This document shows positions 39,615 to 51,468 of a stretch of 64,000 nucleotides of DNA, in pieces; the stretch's first letter is position 1, and each line of letters starts with the position of its first letter. The position numbers and the translations under genes were made by a program. Source of the stretch: Nemertoderma westbladi (taxonomy: Eukaryota > Animalia > Xenacoelomorpha); contig JAUCBJ010008420.1 of assembly GCA_032718475.1 (NCBI GenBank), forward strand, positions 35,897-99,896, read 5' to 3'. Under the pieces are notes generated by a model. That model did no database searches, was not told the DNA's origin, and was given only the letters and a program-made list of their open reading frames with translations.

Positions 39615-40392
39615 GTAATTAATCTAATTAATTTGATCCATTGTTTAATGTGATAGCGATGTGCAACTTTATGTCTATTCTCAATGCCATTGCACGATTC
39701 CCACTCATTGTACAGGGGATATTGAAGTTGATATCGAACTAAAAGCACCAACACTCCATATTTTTTCCTTCAGAGGTTTTTAATTAGAAAGTTCACCCAC
39801 GGCGCTTTTTTATAATTAATTTCCTTAATATCCGCCTTTCGCAGTTGGTAACATTATTTCATTGAACGAGAAACCCGGGTTTTCGCCGGTACTTAATTTA
39901 AGTAAAATTTTACATTAAATTTCACATTATTAGAACAATGTACTTTATATAAAGTCAAAAACCTTTCCTCCAAAAGGGACATTTTTGAAGGAATGCTGAA
40001 ATACTTGTTCGAACAAGTGATAGGAATATCCAAAAATGATTTGGTTTGGAATTTGTTTGCTAAAGCTCAACCTCAACCTATTGGCTTACCTCGTTCAACC
40101 TATTCATTTCCGGACTTTATTCGTTATAAGTTCTTGTTTTTAGACTAATTATGCCCGCGGATGTATGTAATTAGTGTTCTTTTTCTGCCAATGCGATGAA
40201 TTATTGAGTAGAACGTGCGAGCGGGCGACGGGCGTCTTACAGTCAGAGTAATGAAAGAATCTTATTTCCTTCCTGCCATTCCCACATCTCCTGTTTCTAT
40301 ACTTAACAGTCTATATTTCTTGCTTAATTAACTTTCTATTATTACTCGCTTGATATTATCTCGTCTTTCTGTATTTCTCATCCTCCATTTAG

Positions 40393-40525
40393 TACACTCA
40401 AACAACACACCCAGAGCCACTCCGAATCTGGTGACGATTTCACTACATCGCATAGTTGCAAGATTTGTTCGGAATCATTCCCGACTTCGCAGCTGCTCAT
40501 TCTACATTTTAGGAGACACACCCAG
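40393..40525 (+). CDS. shn: Exon F (extra C2H2 fingers), ending at the first donor of the 50-bp array
   Basis: ccatttag|TACACTC...ACCCAG|gtaagt; translates (S)TLKQHTQSHSESGDDFTTSHSCKICSESFPTSQLLILHFRRHTQ and completes the finger begun in exon E. Phase 2-0. Confidence 0.88.
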
Positions 40526-43500
40526 GTAAGTGTAATGTTAAGTGGTGAGCATTCTGTTTTAGGAAACACACCCAGGTAAGTGTAATGTTAAGTGGTGAGC
40601 ATTCTGTTTTAGGAAACACACCCAGGTAAGTGTAATGTTAAGTGGTGAGCATTCTGTTTTAGGAAACACACCCAGGTAAGTGTAATGTTAAGTGGTGAGC
40701 ATTCTGTTTTAGGAAACACACCCAGGTAAGTGTAATGTTAAGTGGTGAGCATTCTGTTTTAGGAAACACACCCAGGTAAGTGTAATGTTAAGTGGTGAGC
40801 ATTCTGTTTTAGGAAACACACCCAGGTAAGTGTAATGTTAAGTGGTGAGCATTCTGTTTTAGGAAACACACCCAGGTAAGTGTAATGTTAAGTGGTGAGC
40901 ATTCTGTTTTAGGAAACACACCCAGGTAAGTGTAATGTTAAGTGGTGAGCATTCTGTTTTAGGAAACACACCCAGGTAAGTGTAATGTTAAGTGGTGAGC
41001 ATTCTGTTTTAGGAAACACACCCAGGTAAGTGTAATGTTAAGTGGTAAGCATTCTGTTTTAGGAAACACACCCAGGTAAGTGTAATGTTAAGTGGTGAGC
41101 ATTCTGTTTTAGGAAACACACCCAGGTAAGTGTAATGTTAAGTGGTGAGCATTCTGTTTTAGGAAACACACCCAGGTAAGTGTAATGTTAAGTGGTGAGC
41201 ATTCTGTTTTAGGAAACACACCCAGGTAAGTGTAATGTTAAGTGGTGAGCATTCTGTTTTAGGAAACACACCCAGGTAAGTGTAATGTTAAGTGGTGAGC
41301 ATTCTGTTTTAGGAAACACACCCAGGTAAGTGTAATGTTAAGTGGTAAGCATTCTGTTTTAGGAAACACACCCAGGTAAGTGTAATGTTAAGTGGTGAGC
41401 ATTCTGTTTTAGGAAACACACCCAGGTAAGTGTAATGTTAAGTGGTGAGCATTCTGTTTTAGGAAACACACCCAGGTAAGTGTAATGTTAAGTGGTGAGC
41501 ATTCTGTTTTAGGAAACACACCCAGGTAAGTGTAATGTTAAGTGGTGAGCATTCTGTTTTAGGAAACACACCCAGGTAAGTGTAATGTTAAGTGGTGAGC
41601 ATTCTGTTTTAGGAAACACACCCAGGTAAGTGTAATGTTAAGTGGTGAGCATTCTGTTTTAGGAAACACACCCAGGTAAGTGTAATGTTAAGTGGTGAGC
41701 ATTCTGTTTTAGGAAACACACCCAGGCAAGTGTAATGTTAAGTGGTGAGCATTCTGTTTTAGGAAACACACCCAGGTAAGTGTAATGTTAAGTGGTGAGC
41801 ATTCTGTTTTAGGAAACACACCCAGGTAAGTGTAATGTTAAGTGGTGAGCATTCTGTTTTAGGAAACACACCCAGGTAAGTGTAATGTTAAGTGGTGAGC
41901 ATTCTGTTTTAGGAAACACACCCAGGTAAGTGTAATGTTAAGTGGTGAGCATTCTGTTTTAGGAAACACACCCAGGTAAGTGTAATGTTAAGTGGTGAGC
42001 ATTCTGTTTTAGGAAACACACCCAGGTAAGTGTAATGTTAAGTGGTAAGCATTCTGTTTTAGGAAACACACCCAGGTAAGTGTAATGTTAAGTGGTGAGC
42101 ATTCTGTTTTAGGAAACACACCCAGGTAAGTGTAATGTTAAGTGGTGAGCATTCTGTTTTAGGAAACACACCCAGGTAAGTGTAATGTTAAGTGGTGAGC
42201 ATTCTGTTTTAGGAAACACACCCAGGTAAGTGTAATGTTAAGTGATAAGCATTCTGTTTTAGGAAACACACCCAGGTAAGTGTAATGTTAAGTGGTGAGC
42301 ATTCTGTTTTAGGAAACACACCCAGGTAAGTGTAATGTTAAGTGGTGAGCATTCTGTTTTAGGAAACACACCCAGGTAAGTGTAATGTTAAGTGGTGAGC
42401 ATTCTGTTTTAGGAAACACACCCAGGTAAGTGTAATGTTAAGTGATAAGCATTCTGTTTTAGGAAACACACCCAGGTAAGTGTAATGTTAAGTGGTGAGC
42501 ATTCTGTTTTAGGAAACACACCCAGGTAAGTGTAATGTTAAGTGGTGAGCATTCTGTTTTAGGAAACACACCCAGGTAAGTGTAATGTTAAGTGGTGAGC
42601 ATTCTGTTTTAGGAAACACACCCAGGTAAGTGTAATGTTAAGTGGTGAGCATTCTGTTTTAGGAAACACACCCAGGTAAGTGTAATGTTAAGTGGTGAGC
42701 ATTCTGTTTTAGGAAACACACCCAGGTAAGTGTAATGTTAAGTGGTGAGCATTCTGTTTTAGGAAACACACCCAGGTAAGTGTAATGTTAAGTGGTGAGC
42801 ATTCTGTTTTAGGAAACACACCCAGGTAAGTGTAATGTTAAGTGGTGAGCATTCTGTTTTAGGAAACACACCCAGGTAAGTGTAATGTTAAGTGGTGAGC
42901 ATTCTGTTTTAGGAAACACACCCAGGTAAGTGTAATGTTAAGTGGTGAGCATTCTGTTTTAGGAAACACACCCAGGTAAGTGTAATGTTAAGTGGTGAGC
43001 ATTCTGTTTTAGGAAACACACCCAGGTAAGTGTAATGTTAAGTGGTGAGCATTCTGTTTTAGGAAACACACCCAGGTAAGTGTAATGTTAAGTGGTGAGC
43101 ATTCTGTTTTAGGAAACACACCCAGGTAAGTGTAATGTTAAGTGGTGAGCATTCTGTTTTAGGAAACACACCCAGGTAAGTGTAATGTTAAGTGGTGAGC
43201 ATTCTGTTTTAGGAAACACACCCAGGTAAGTGTAATGTTAAGTGGTGAGCATTCTGTTTTAGGAAACACACCCAGGTAAGTGTAATGTTAAGTGGTGAGC
43301 ATTCTGTTTTAGGAAACACACCCAGGTAAGTGTAATGTTAAGTGGTGAGCATTCTGTTTTAGGAAACACACCCAGGTAAGTGTAATGTTAAGTGGTAAGC
43401 ATTCTGTTTTAGGAAACACACCCAGGTAAGTGTAATGTTAAGTGGTGAGCATTCTGTTTTAGGAAACACACCCAGGTAAGTGTAATGTTAAGTGGTGAGC

Positions 43501-46500
43501 ATTCTGTTTTAGGAAACACACCCAGGTAAGTGTAATGTTAAGTGGTGAGCATTCTGTTTTAGGAAACACACCCAGGTAAGTGTAATGTTAAGTGATAAGC
43601 ATTCTGTTTTAGGAAACACACCCAGGTAAGTGTAATGTTAAGTGGTGAGCATTCTGTTTTAGGAAACACACCCAGGTAAGTGTAATGTTAAGTGGTGAGC
43701 ATTCTGTTTTAGGAAACACACCCAGGTAAGTGTAATGTTAAGTGGTGAGCATTCTGTTTTAGGAAACACACCCAGGTAAGTGTAATGTTAAGTGGTGAGC
43801 ATTCTGTTTTAGGAAACACACCCAGGTAAGTGTAATGTTAAGTGGTGAGCATTCTGTTTTAGGAAACACACCCAGGTAAGTGTAATGTTAAGTGGTGAGC
43901 ATTCTGTTTTAGGAAACACACCCAGGTAAGTGTAATGTTAAGTGGTGAGCATTCTGTTTTAGGAAACACACCCAGGTAAGTGTAATGTTAAGTGGTAAGC
44001 ATTCTGTTTTAGGAAACACACCCAGGTAAGTGTAATGTTAAGTGGTGAGCATTCTGTTTTAGGAAACACACCCAGGTAAGTGTAATGTTAAGTGGTGAGC
44101 ATTCTGTTTTAGGAAACACACCCAGGTAAGTGTAATGTTAAGTGGTGAGCATTCTGTTTTAGGAAACACACCCAGGTAAGTGTAATGTTAAGTGATAAGC
44201 ATTCTGTTTTAGGAAACACACCCAGGTAAGTGTAATGTTAAGTGGTGAGCATTCTGTTTTAGGAAACACACCCAGGTAAGTGTAATGTTAAGTGGTGAGC
44301 ATTCTGTTTTAGGAAACACACCCAGGTAAGTGTAATGTTAAGTGGTGAGCATTCTGTTTTAGGAAACACACCCAGGTAAGTGTAATGTTAAGTGGTGAGC
44401 ATTCTGTTTTAGGAAACACACCCAGGTAAGTGTAATGTTAAGTGGTGAGCATTCTGTTTTAGGAAACACACCCAGGTAAGTGTAATGTTAAGTGGTGAGC
44501 ATTCTGTTTTAGGAAACACACCCAGGTAAGTGTAATGTTAAGTGGTGAGCATTCTGTTTTAGGAAACACACCCAGGTAAGTGTAATGTTAAGTGATAAGC
44601 ATTCTGTTTTAGGAAACACACCCAGGTAAGTGTAATGTTAAGTGGTGAGCATTCTGTTTTAGGAAACACACCCAGGCAAGTGTAATGTTAAGTGGTGAGC
44701 ATTCTGTTTTAGGAAACACACCCAGGTAAGTGTAATGTTAAGTGGTGAGCATTCTGTTTTAGGAAACACACCCAGGCAAGTGTAATGTTAAGTGGTGAGC
44801 ATTCTGTTTTAGGAAACACACCCAGGTAAGTGTAATGTTAAGTGGTGAGCATTCTGTTTTAGGAAACACACCCAGGTAAGTGTAATGTTAAGTGGTAAGC
44901 ATTCTGTTTTAGGAAACACACCCAGGTAAGTGTAATGTTAAGTGATAAGCATTCTGTTTTAGGAAACACACCCAGGTAAGTGTAATGTTAAGTGGTGAGC
45001 ATTCTGTTTTAGGAAACACACCCAGGTAAGTGTAATGTTAAGTGGTAAGCATTCTGTTTTAGGAAACACACCCAGGTAAGTGTAATGTTAAGTGATAAGC
45101 ATTCTGTTTTAGGAAACACACCCAGGTAAGTGTAATGTTAAGTGGTGAGCATTCTGTTTTAGGAAACACACCCAGGCAAGTGTAATGTTAAGTGATAAGC
45201 ATTCTGTTTTAGGAAACACACCCAGGTAAGTGTAATGTTAAGTGGTGAGCATTCTGTTTTAGGAAACACACCCAGGCAAGTGTAATGTTAAGTGGTGAGC
45301 ATTCTGTTTTAGGAAACACACCCAGGTAAGTGTAATGTTAAGTGATAAGCATTCTGTTTTAGGAAACACACCCAGGTAAGTGTAATGTTAAGTGGTGAGC
45401 ATTCTGTTTTAGGAAACACACCCAGGTAAGTGTAATGTTAAGTGGTGAGCATTCTGTTTTAGGAAACACACCCAGGCAAGTGTAATGTTAAGTGATAAGC
45501 ATTCTGTTTTAGGAAACACACCCAGGTAAGTGTAATGTTAAGTGGTGAGCATTCTGTTTTAGGAAACACATCCAGGTAAGTGTAATGTTAAGTGGTGAGC
45601 ATTCTGTTTTAGGAAACACACCCAGGTAAGTGTAATGTTAAGTGGTGAGCATTCTGTTTTAGGAAACACACCCAGGTAAGTGTAATGTTAAGTGATAAGC
45701 ATTCTGTTTTAGGAAACACACCCAGGTAAGTGTAATGTTAAGTGGTGAGCATTCTGTTTTAGGAAACACACCCAGGCAAGTGTAATGTTAAGTGGTGAGC
45801 ATTCTGTTTTAGGAAACACACCCAGGTAAGTGTAATGTTAAGTGGTGAGCATTCTGTTTTAGGAAACACACCCAGGCAAGTGTAATGTTAAGTGGTGAGC
45901 ATTCTGTTTTAGGAAACACACCCAGGTAAGTGTAATGTTAAGTGGTGAGCATTCTGTTTTAGGAAACACACCCAGGTAAGTGTAATGTTAAGTGGTGAGC
46001 ATTCTGTTTTAGGAAACACACCCAGGCAAGTGTAATGTTAAGTGGTGAGCATTCTGTTTTAGGAAACACACCCAGGTAAGTGTAATGTTAAGTGGTGAGC
46101 ATTCTGTTTTAGGAAACACACCCAGGTAAGTGTAATGTTAAGTGGTGAGCATTCTGTTTTAGGAAACACACCCAGGTAAGTGTAATGTTAAGTGGTGAGC
46201 ATTCTGTTTTAGGAAACACACCCAGGTAAGTGTAATGTTAAGTGGTGAGCATTCTGTTTTAGGAAACACACCCAGGTAAGTGTAATGTTAAGTGGTGAGC
46301 ATTCTGTTTTAGGAAACACACCCAGGTAAGTGTAATGTTAAGTGATAAGCATTCTGTTTTAGGAAACACACCCAGGTAAGTGTAATGTTAAGTGGTGAGC
46401 ATTCTGTTTTAGGAAACACACCCAGGCAAGTGTAATGTTAAGTGGTGAGCATTCTGTTTTAGGAAACACACCCAGGTAAGTGTAATGTTAAGTGGTGAGC

Positions 46501-49500
46501 ATTCTGTTTTAGGAAACACACCCAGGCAAGTGTAATGTTAAGTGGTGAGCATTCTGTTTTAGGAAACACACCCAGGTAAGTGTAATGTTAAGTGATAAGC
46601 ATTCTGTTTTAGGAAACACACCCAGGTAAGTGTAATGTTAAGTGGTGAGCATTCTGTTTTAGGAAACACACCCAGGCAAGTGTAATGTTAAGTGATAAGC
46701 ATTCTGTTTTAGGAAACACACCCAGGTAAGTGTAATGTTAAGTGGTGAGCATTCTGTTTAGGAAACACACCCAGGCAAGTGTAATGTTAAGTGGTGAGCA
46801 TTCTGTTTTAGGAAACACACCCAGGTAAGTGTAATGTTAAGTGATAAGCATTCTGTTTTAGGAAACACACCCAGGTAAGTGTAATGTTAAGTGGTGAGCA
46901 TTCTGTTTTAGGAAACACACCCAGGTAAGTGTAATGTTAAGTGGTGAGCATTCTGTTTTAGGAAACACACCCAGGCAAGTGTAATGTTAAGTGATAAGCA
47001 TTCTGTTTTAGGAAACACACCCAGGTAAGTGTAATGTTAAGTGGTGAGCATTCTGTTTTAGGAAACACACCCAGGTAAGTGTAATGTTAAGTGGTGAGCA
47101 CTGAGCATTCTGTTTTAGGAAACACACCCAGGTAAGTGTAATGTTAAGTGGTGAGCATTCTGTTTTAGGAAACACATCCAGGTAAGTGTAATGTTAAGTG
47201 GTGAGCATTCTGTTTTAGGAAACACACCCAGGTAAGTGTAATGTTAAGTGGTGAGCATTCTGTTTTAGGAAACACACCCAGGCAAGTGTAATGTTAAGTG
47301 ATAAGCATTCTGTTTTAGGAAACACACCCAGGTAAGTGTAATGTTAAGTGGTGAGCATTCTGTTTTAGGAAACACACCCAGGTAAGTGTAATGTTAAGTG
47401 GTGAGCATTCTGTTTTAGGAAACACACCCAGGCAAGTGTAATGTTAAGTGATAAGCATTCTGTTTTAGGAAACACACCCAGGCAAGTGTAATGTTAAGTG
47501 ATAAGCATTCTGTTTTAGGAAACACACCCAGGTAAGTGTAATGTTAAGTGGTGAGCATTCTGTTTTAGGAAACACACCCAGGTAAGTGTAATGTTAAGTG
47601 GTGAGCACTAAGCATTCTGTTTTAGGAAACACACCCAGGCAAGTGTAATGTTAAGTGATAAGCATTCTGTTTTAGGAAACACACCCAGGTAAGTGTAATG
47701 TTAAGTGGTGAGCATTCTGTTTTAGGAAACACACCCAGGCAAGTGTAATGTTAAGTGATAAGCATTCTGTTTTAGGAAACACACCCAGGTAAGTGTAATG
47801 TTAAGTGGTGAGCATTCTGTTTTAGGAAACACACCCAGGTAAGTGTAATGTTAAGTGGTGAGCATTCTGTTTTAGGAAACACACCCAGGCAAGTGTAATG
47901 TTAAGTGATAAGCATTCTGTTTTAGGAAACACACCCAGGCAAGTGTAATGTTAAGTGATAAGCATTCTGTTTTAGGAAACACACCCAGGTAAGTGTAATG
48001 TTAAGTGGTGAGCATTCTGTTTTAGGAAACACACCCAGGTAAGTGTAATGTTAAGTGGTGAGCACTGAGCATTCTGTTTTAGGAAACACACCCAGGTAAG
48101 TGTAATGTTAAGTGGTGAGCATTCTGTTTTAGGAAACACATCCAGGTAAGTGTAATGTTAAGTGGTGAGCATTCTGTTTTAGGAAACACACCCAGGCAAG
48201 TGTAATGTTAAGTGATAAGCATTCTGTTTTAGGAAACACACCCAGGTAAGTGTAATGTTAAGTGGTGAGCATTCTGTTTTAGGAAACACATCCAGGTAAG
48301 TGTAATGTTAAGTGGTGAGCATTCTGTTTTAGGAAACACACCCAGGTAAGTGTAATGTTAAGTGGTGAGCATTCTGTTTTAGGAAACACACCCAGGTAAG
48401 TGTAATGTTAAGTGATAAGCATTCTGTTTTAGGAAACACACCCAGGTAAGTGTAATGTTAAGTGGTGAGCATTCTGTTTTAGGAAACACACCCAGGCAAG
48501 TGTAATGTTAAGTGGTGAGCATTCTGTTTTAGGAAACACACCCAGGTAAGTGTAATGTTAAGTGGTGAGCATTCTGTTTTAGGAAACACACCCAGGCAAG
48601 TGTAATGTTAAGTGGTGAGCATTCTGTTTTAGGAAACACACCCAGGTAAGTGTAATGTTAAGTGGTGAGCATTCTGTTTTAGGAAACACACCCAGGTAAG
48701 TGTAATGTTAAGTGGTGAGCATTCTGTTTTAGGAAACACACCCAGGCAAGTGTAATGTTAAGTGGTGAGCATTCTGTTTTAGGAAACACACCCAGGTAAG
48801 TGTAATGTTAAGTGGTGAGCATTCTGTTTTAGGAAACACACCCAGGTAAGTGTAATGTTAAGTGGTGAGCATTCTGTTTTAGGAAACACACCCAGGTAAG
48901 TGTAATGTTAAGTGGTGAGCATTCTGTTTTAGGAAACACACCCAGGTAAGTGTAATGTTAAGTGGTGAGCATTCTGTTTTAGGAAACACACCCAGGTAAG
49001 TGTAATGTTAAGTGGTGAGCATTCTGTTTTAGGAAACACACCCAGGTAAGTGTAATGTTAAGTGATAAGCATTCTGTTTTAGGAAACACACCCAGGTAAG
49101 TGTAATGTTAAGTGGTGAGCATTCTGTTTTAGGAAACACACCCAGGCAAGTGTAATGTTAAGTGGTGAGCATTCTGTTTTAGGAAACACACCCAGGTAAG
49201 TGTAATGTTAAGTGGTGAGCATTCTGTTTTAGGAAACACACCCAGGCAAGTGTAATGTTAAGTGGTGAGCATTCTGTTTTAGGAAACACACCCAGGTAAG
49301 TGTAATGTTAAGTGATAAGCATTCTGTTTTAGGAAACACACCCAGGTAAGTGTAATGTTAAGTGGTGAGCATTCTGTTTTAGGAAACACACCCAGGCAAG
49401 TGTAATGTTAAGTGATAAGCATTCTGTTTTAGGAAACACACCCAGGTAAGTGTAATGTTAAGTGGTGAGCATTCTGTTTAGGAAACACACCCAGGCAAGT

Positions 49501-50583
49501 GTAATGTTAAGTGGTGAGCATTCTGTTTTAGGAAACACACCCAGGTAAGTGTAATGTTAAGTGATAAGCATTCTGTTTTAGGAAACACACCCAGGTAAGT
49601 GTAATGTTAAGTGGTGAGCATTCTGTTTTAGGAAACACACCCAGGTAAGTGTAATGTTAAGTGGTGAGCATTCTGTTTTAGGAAACACACCCAGGCAAGT
49701 GTAATGTTAAGTGATAAGCATTCTGTTTTAGGAAACACACCCAGGTAAGTGTAATGTTAAGTGGTGAGCACTGAGCATTCTGTTTTAGGAAACACACCCA
49801 GGTAAGTGTAATGTTAAGTGGTGAGCACTGAGCATTCTGTTTTAGGAAACACACCCAGGTAAGTGTAATGTTAAGTGGTGAGCATTCTGTTTTAGGAAAC
49901 ACATCCAGGTAAGTGTAATGTTAAGTGGTGAGCATTCTGTTTTAGGAAACACACCCAGGTAAGTGTAATGTTAAGTGGTGAGCATTCTGTTTTAGGAAAC
50001 ACACCCAGGCAAGTGTAATGTTAAGTGATAAGCATTCTGTTTTAGGAAACACACCCAGGTAAGTGTAATGTTAAGTGGTGAGCATTCTGTTTTAGGAAAC
50101 ACACCCATGTAAGTGTAATGTTAAGTGGTGAGCATTCTGTTTTAGGAAACACACCCAGGCAAGTGTAATGTTAAGTGATAAGCATTCTGTTTTAGGAAAC
50201 ACACCCAGGCAAGTGTAATGTTAAGTGATAAGCATTCTGTTTTAGGAAACACACCCAGGTAAGTGTAATGTTAAGTGGTGAGCATTCTGTTTTAGGAAAC
50301 ACACCCAGGTAAGTGTAATGTTAAGTGGTGAGCACTGAGCATTCTGTTTTAGGAAACACACCCAGGTAAGTGTAATGTTAAGTGGTGAGCATTCTGTTTT
50401 AGGAAACACATCCAGGTAAGTGTAATGTTAAGTGGTGAGCATTCTGTTTTAGGAAACACACCCAGGTAAGTGTAATGTTAAGTGGTGAGCATTCTGTTTT
50501 AGGAAACACACCCAGGCAAGTGTAATGTTAAGTGATAAGCATTCTGTTTTAGGAAACACACCCAGGTAAGTGTAATGTTAAGT
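40506..50583 (+). repeat. 50-bp tandem array (about 201 copies); unit is the end of exon F plus a 5' splice site
   Basis: Unit ttttag GAAACACACCCAG|gtaagtgtaatgttaagtggtgagcattctg. Donor positions run from 40526 to 50566 (10,040 bp; I count six +7 insertions and two -1 deletions, giving 200 intervals). Variants include ggcaag, gataag and tccagg. Confidence 0.97.
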
Positions 50584-50969
50584 AAGTGTTGAACATTCTG
50601 TCTGTATACACTTCTTTATATTATGTACTTAATATAGATTTGTTAAAGTGGCCTCGGTTATAATTTATTTCATGTGGAACCAATATCGGCATCCGCTAAT
50701 ATTGAATGTTGTTTGCATGCAACAGGCAATCCATAATAGCAATCCAATCCAACAGGCAACAGTTATCCATAATTTATTTATATATTATTATTATTATTAT
50801 TATTATTATTTATATTAATATATATAATTTATATATATGTGTAGTTTTCTTGTTTTCACATTTGTGAATGGATTGTCTCTCTATAATAAATTTATCATAG
50901 GGAGGGTAATACTTGATACTTTTTCCATTCGTTACTGGAGTTAACCATTAGTTAACCTTAAACATTTAG

Positions 50970-51197
50970 GAGAACCACCAAACCTCTACCAACTACAGAT
51001 GTTCTACCTGCAAAAAGTTGTTCGTCGGAAAGTTACAATACAAACAGCACGGTTGCGTTGGCGGCAAGGATGGCGGTTTCAAGTCTAGAGGTGGCGGACA
51101 AGTGGGTTCATTCCAATGCGAGTACTGCTGCAAACTGTTTGCGAGTCAGTATGGGTTGCAGAGTCATTGTCGCACTGCCCATAAACGGGGACATGTG
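50970..51197 (+). CDS. shn: Exon G (two further zinc fingers)
   Basis: catttag|GAGAAC...CATGTG|gtaaga; translates ENHQTSTNYRCSTCKKLFVGKLQYKQHGC...FQCEYCCKLFASQYGLQSHCRTAHKRGHV. Phase 0-0, compatible with exon F. Confidence 0.85.
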
Positions 51198-51468
51198 GTA
51201 AGAGTAGATCTATGGTACGGATATCTGGACGTCTTATAAGACTCATTTGGACCAAATATATTTCTAATGGAATAATTTTTGTAACTCGAATCTGTCCAAT
51301 TTTGATCTGATATCGAATTGATATACCTGTTCATCCCAAATATTCCACTCTATTTTTCTGAAACCGCACTTTGTTTGTTGGTGGATAAGAAAGTTTTATC
51401 AAATTTTCGTAATACGAAATATTACTAATTAGTTAATAATTACATAGAAATTGTATTTGAATTTACAG

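Noticed and set aside
40506-50583. CRISPR-like array
   Set aside because: No unique spacers, head-to-tail identical units, eukaryotic intron context and no cas genes. The same applies to array 1.
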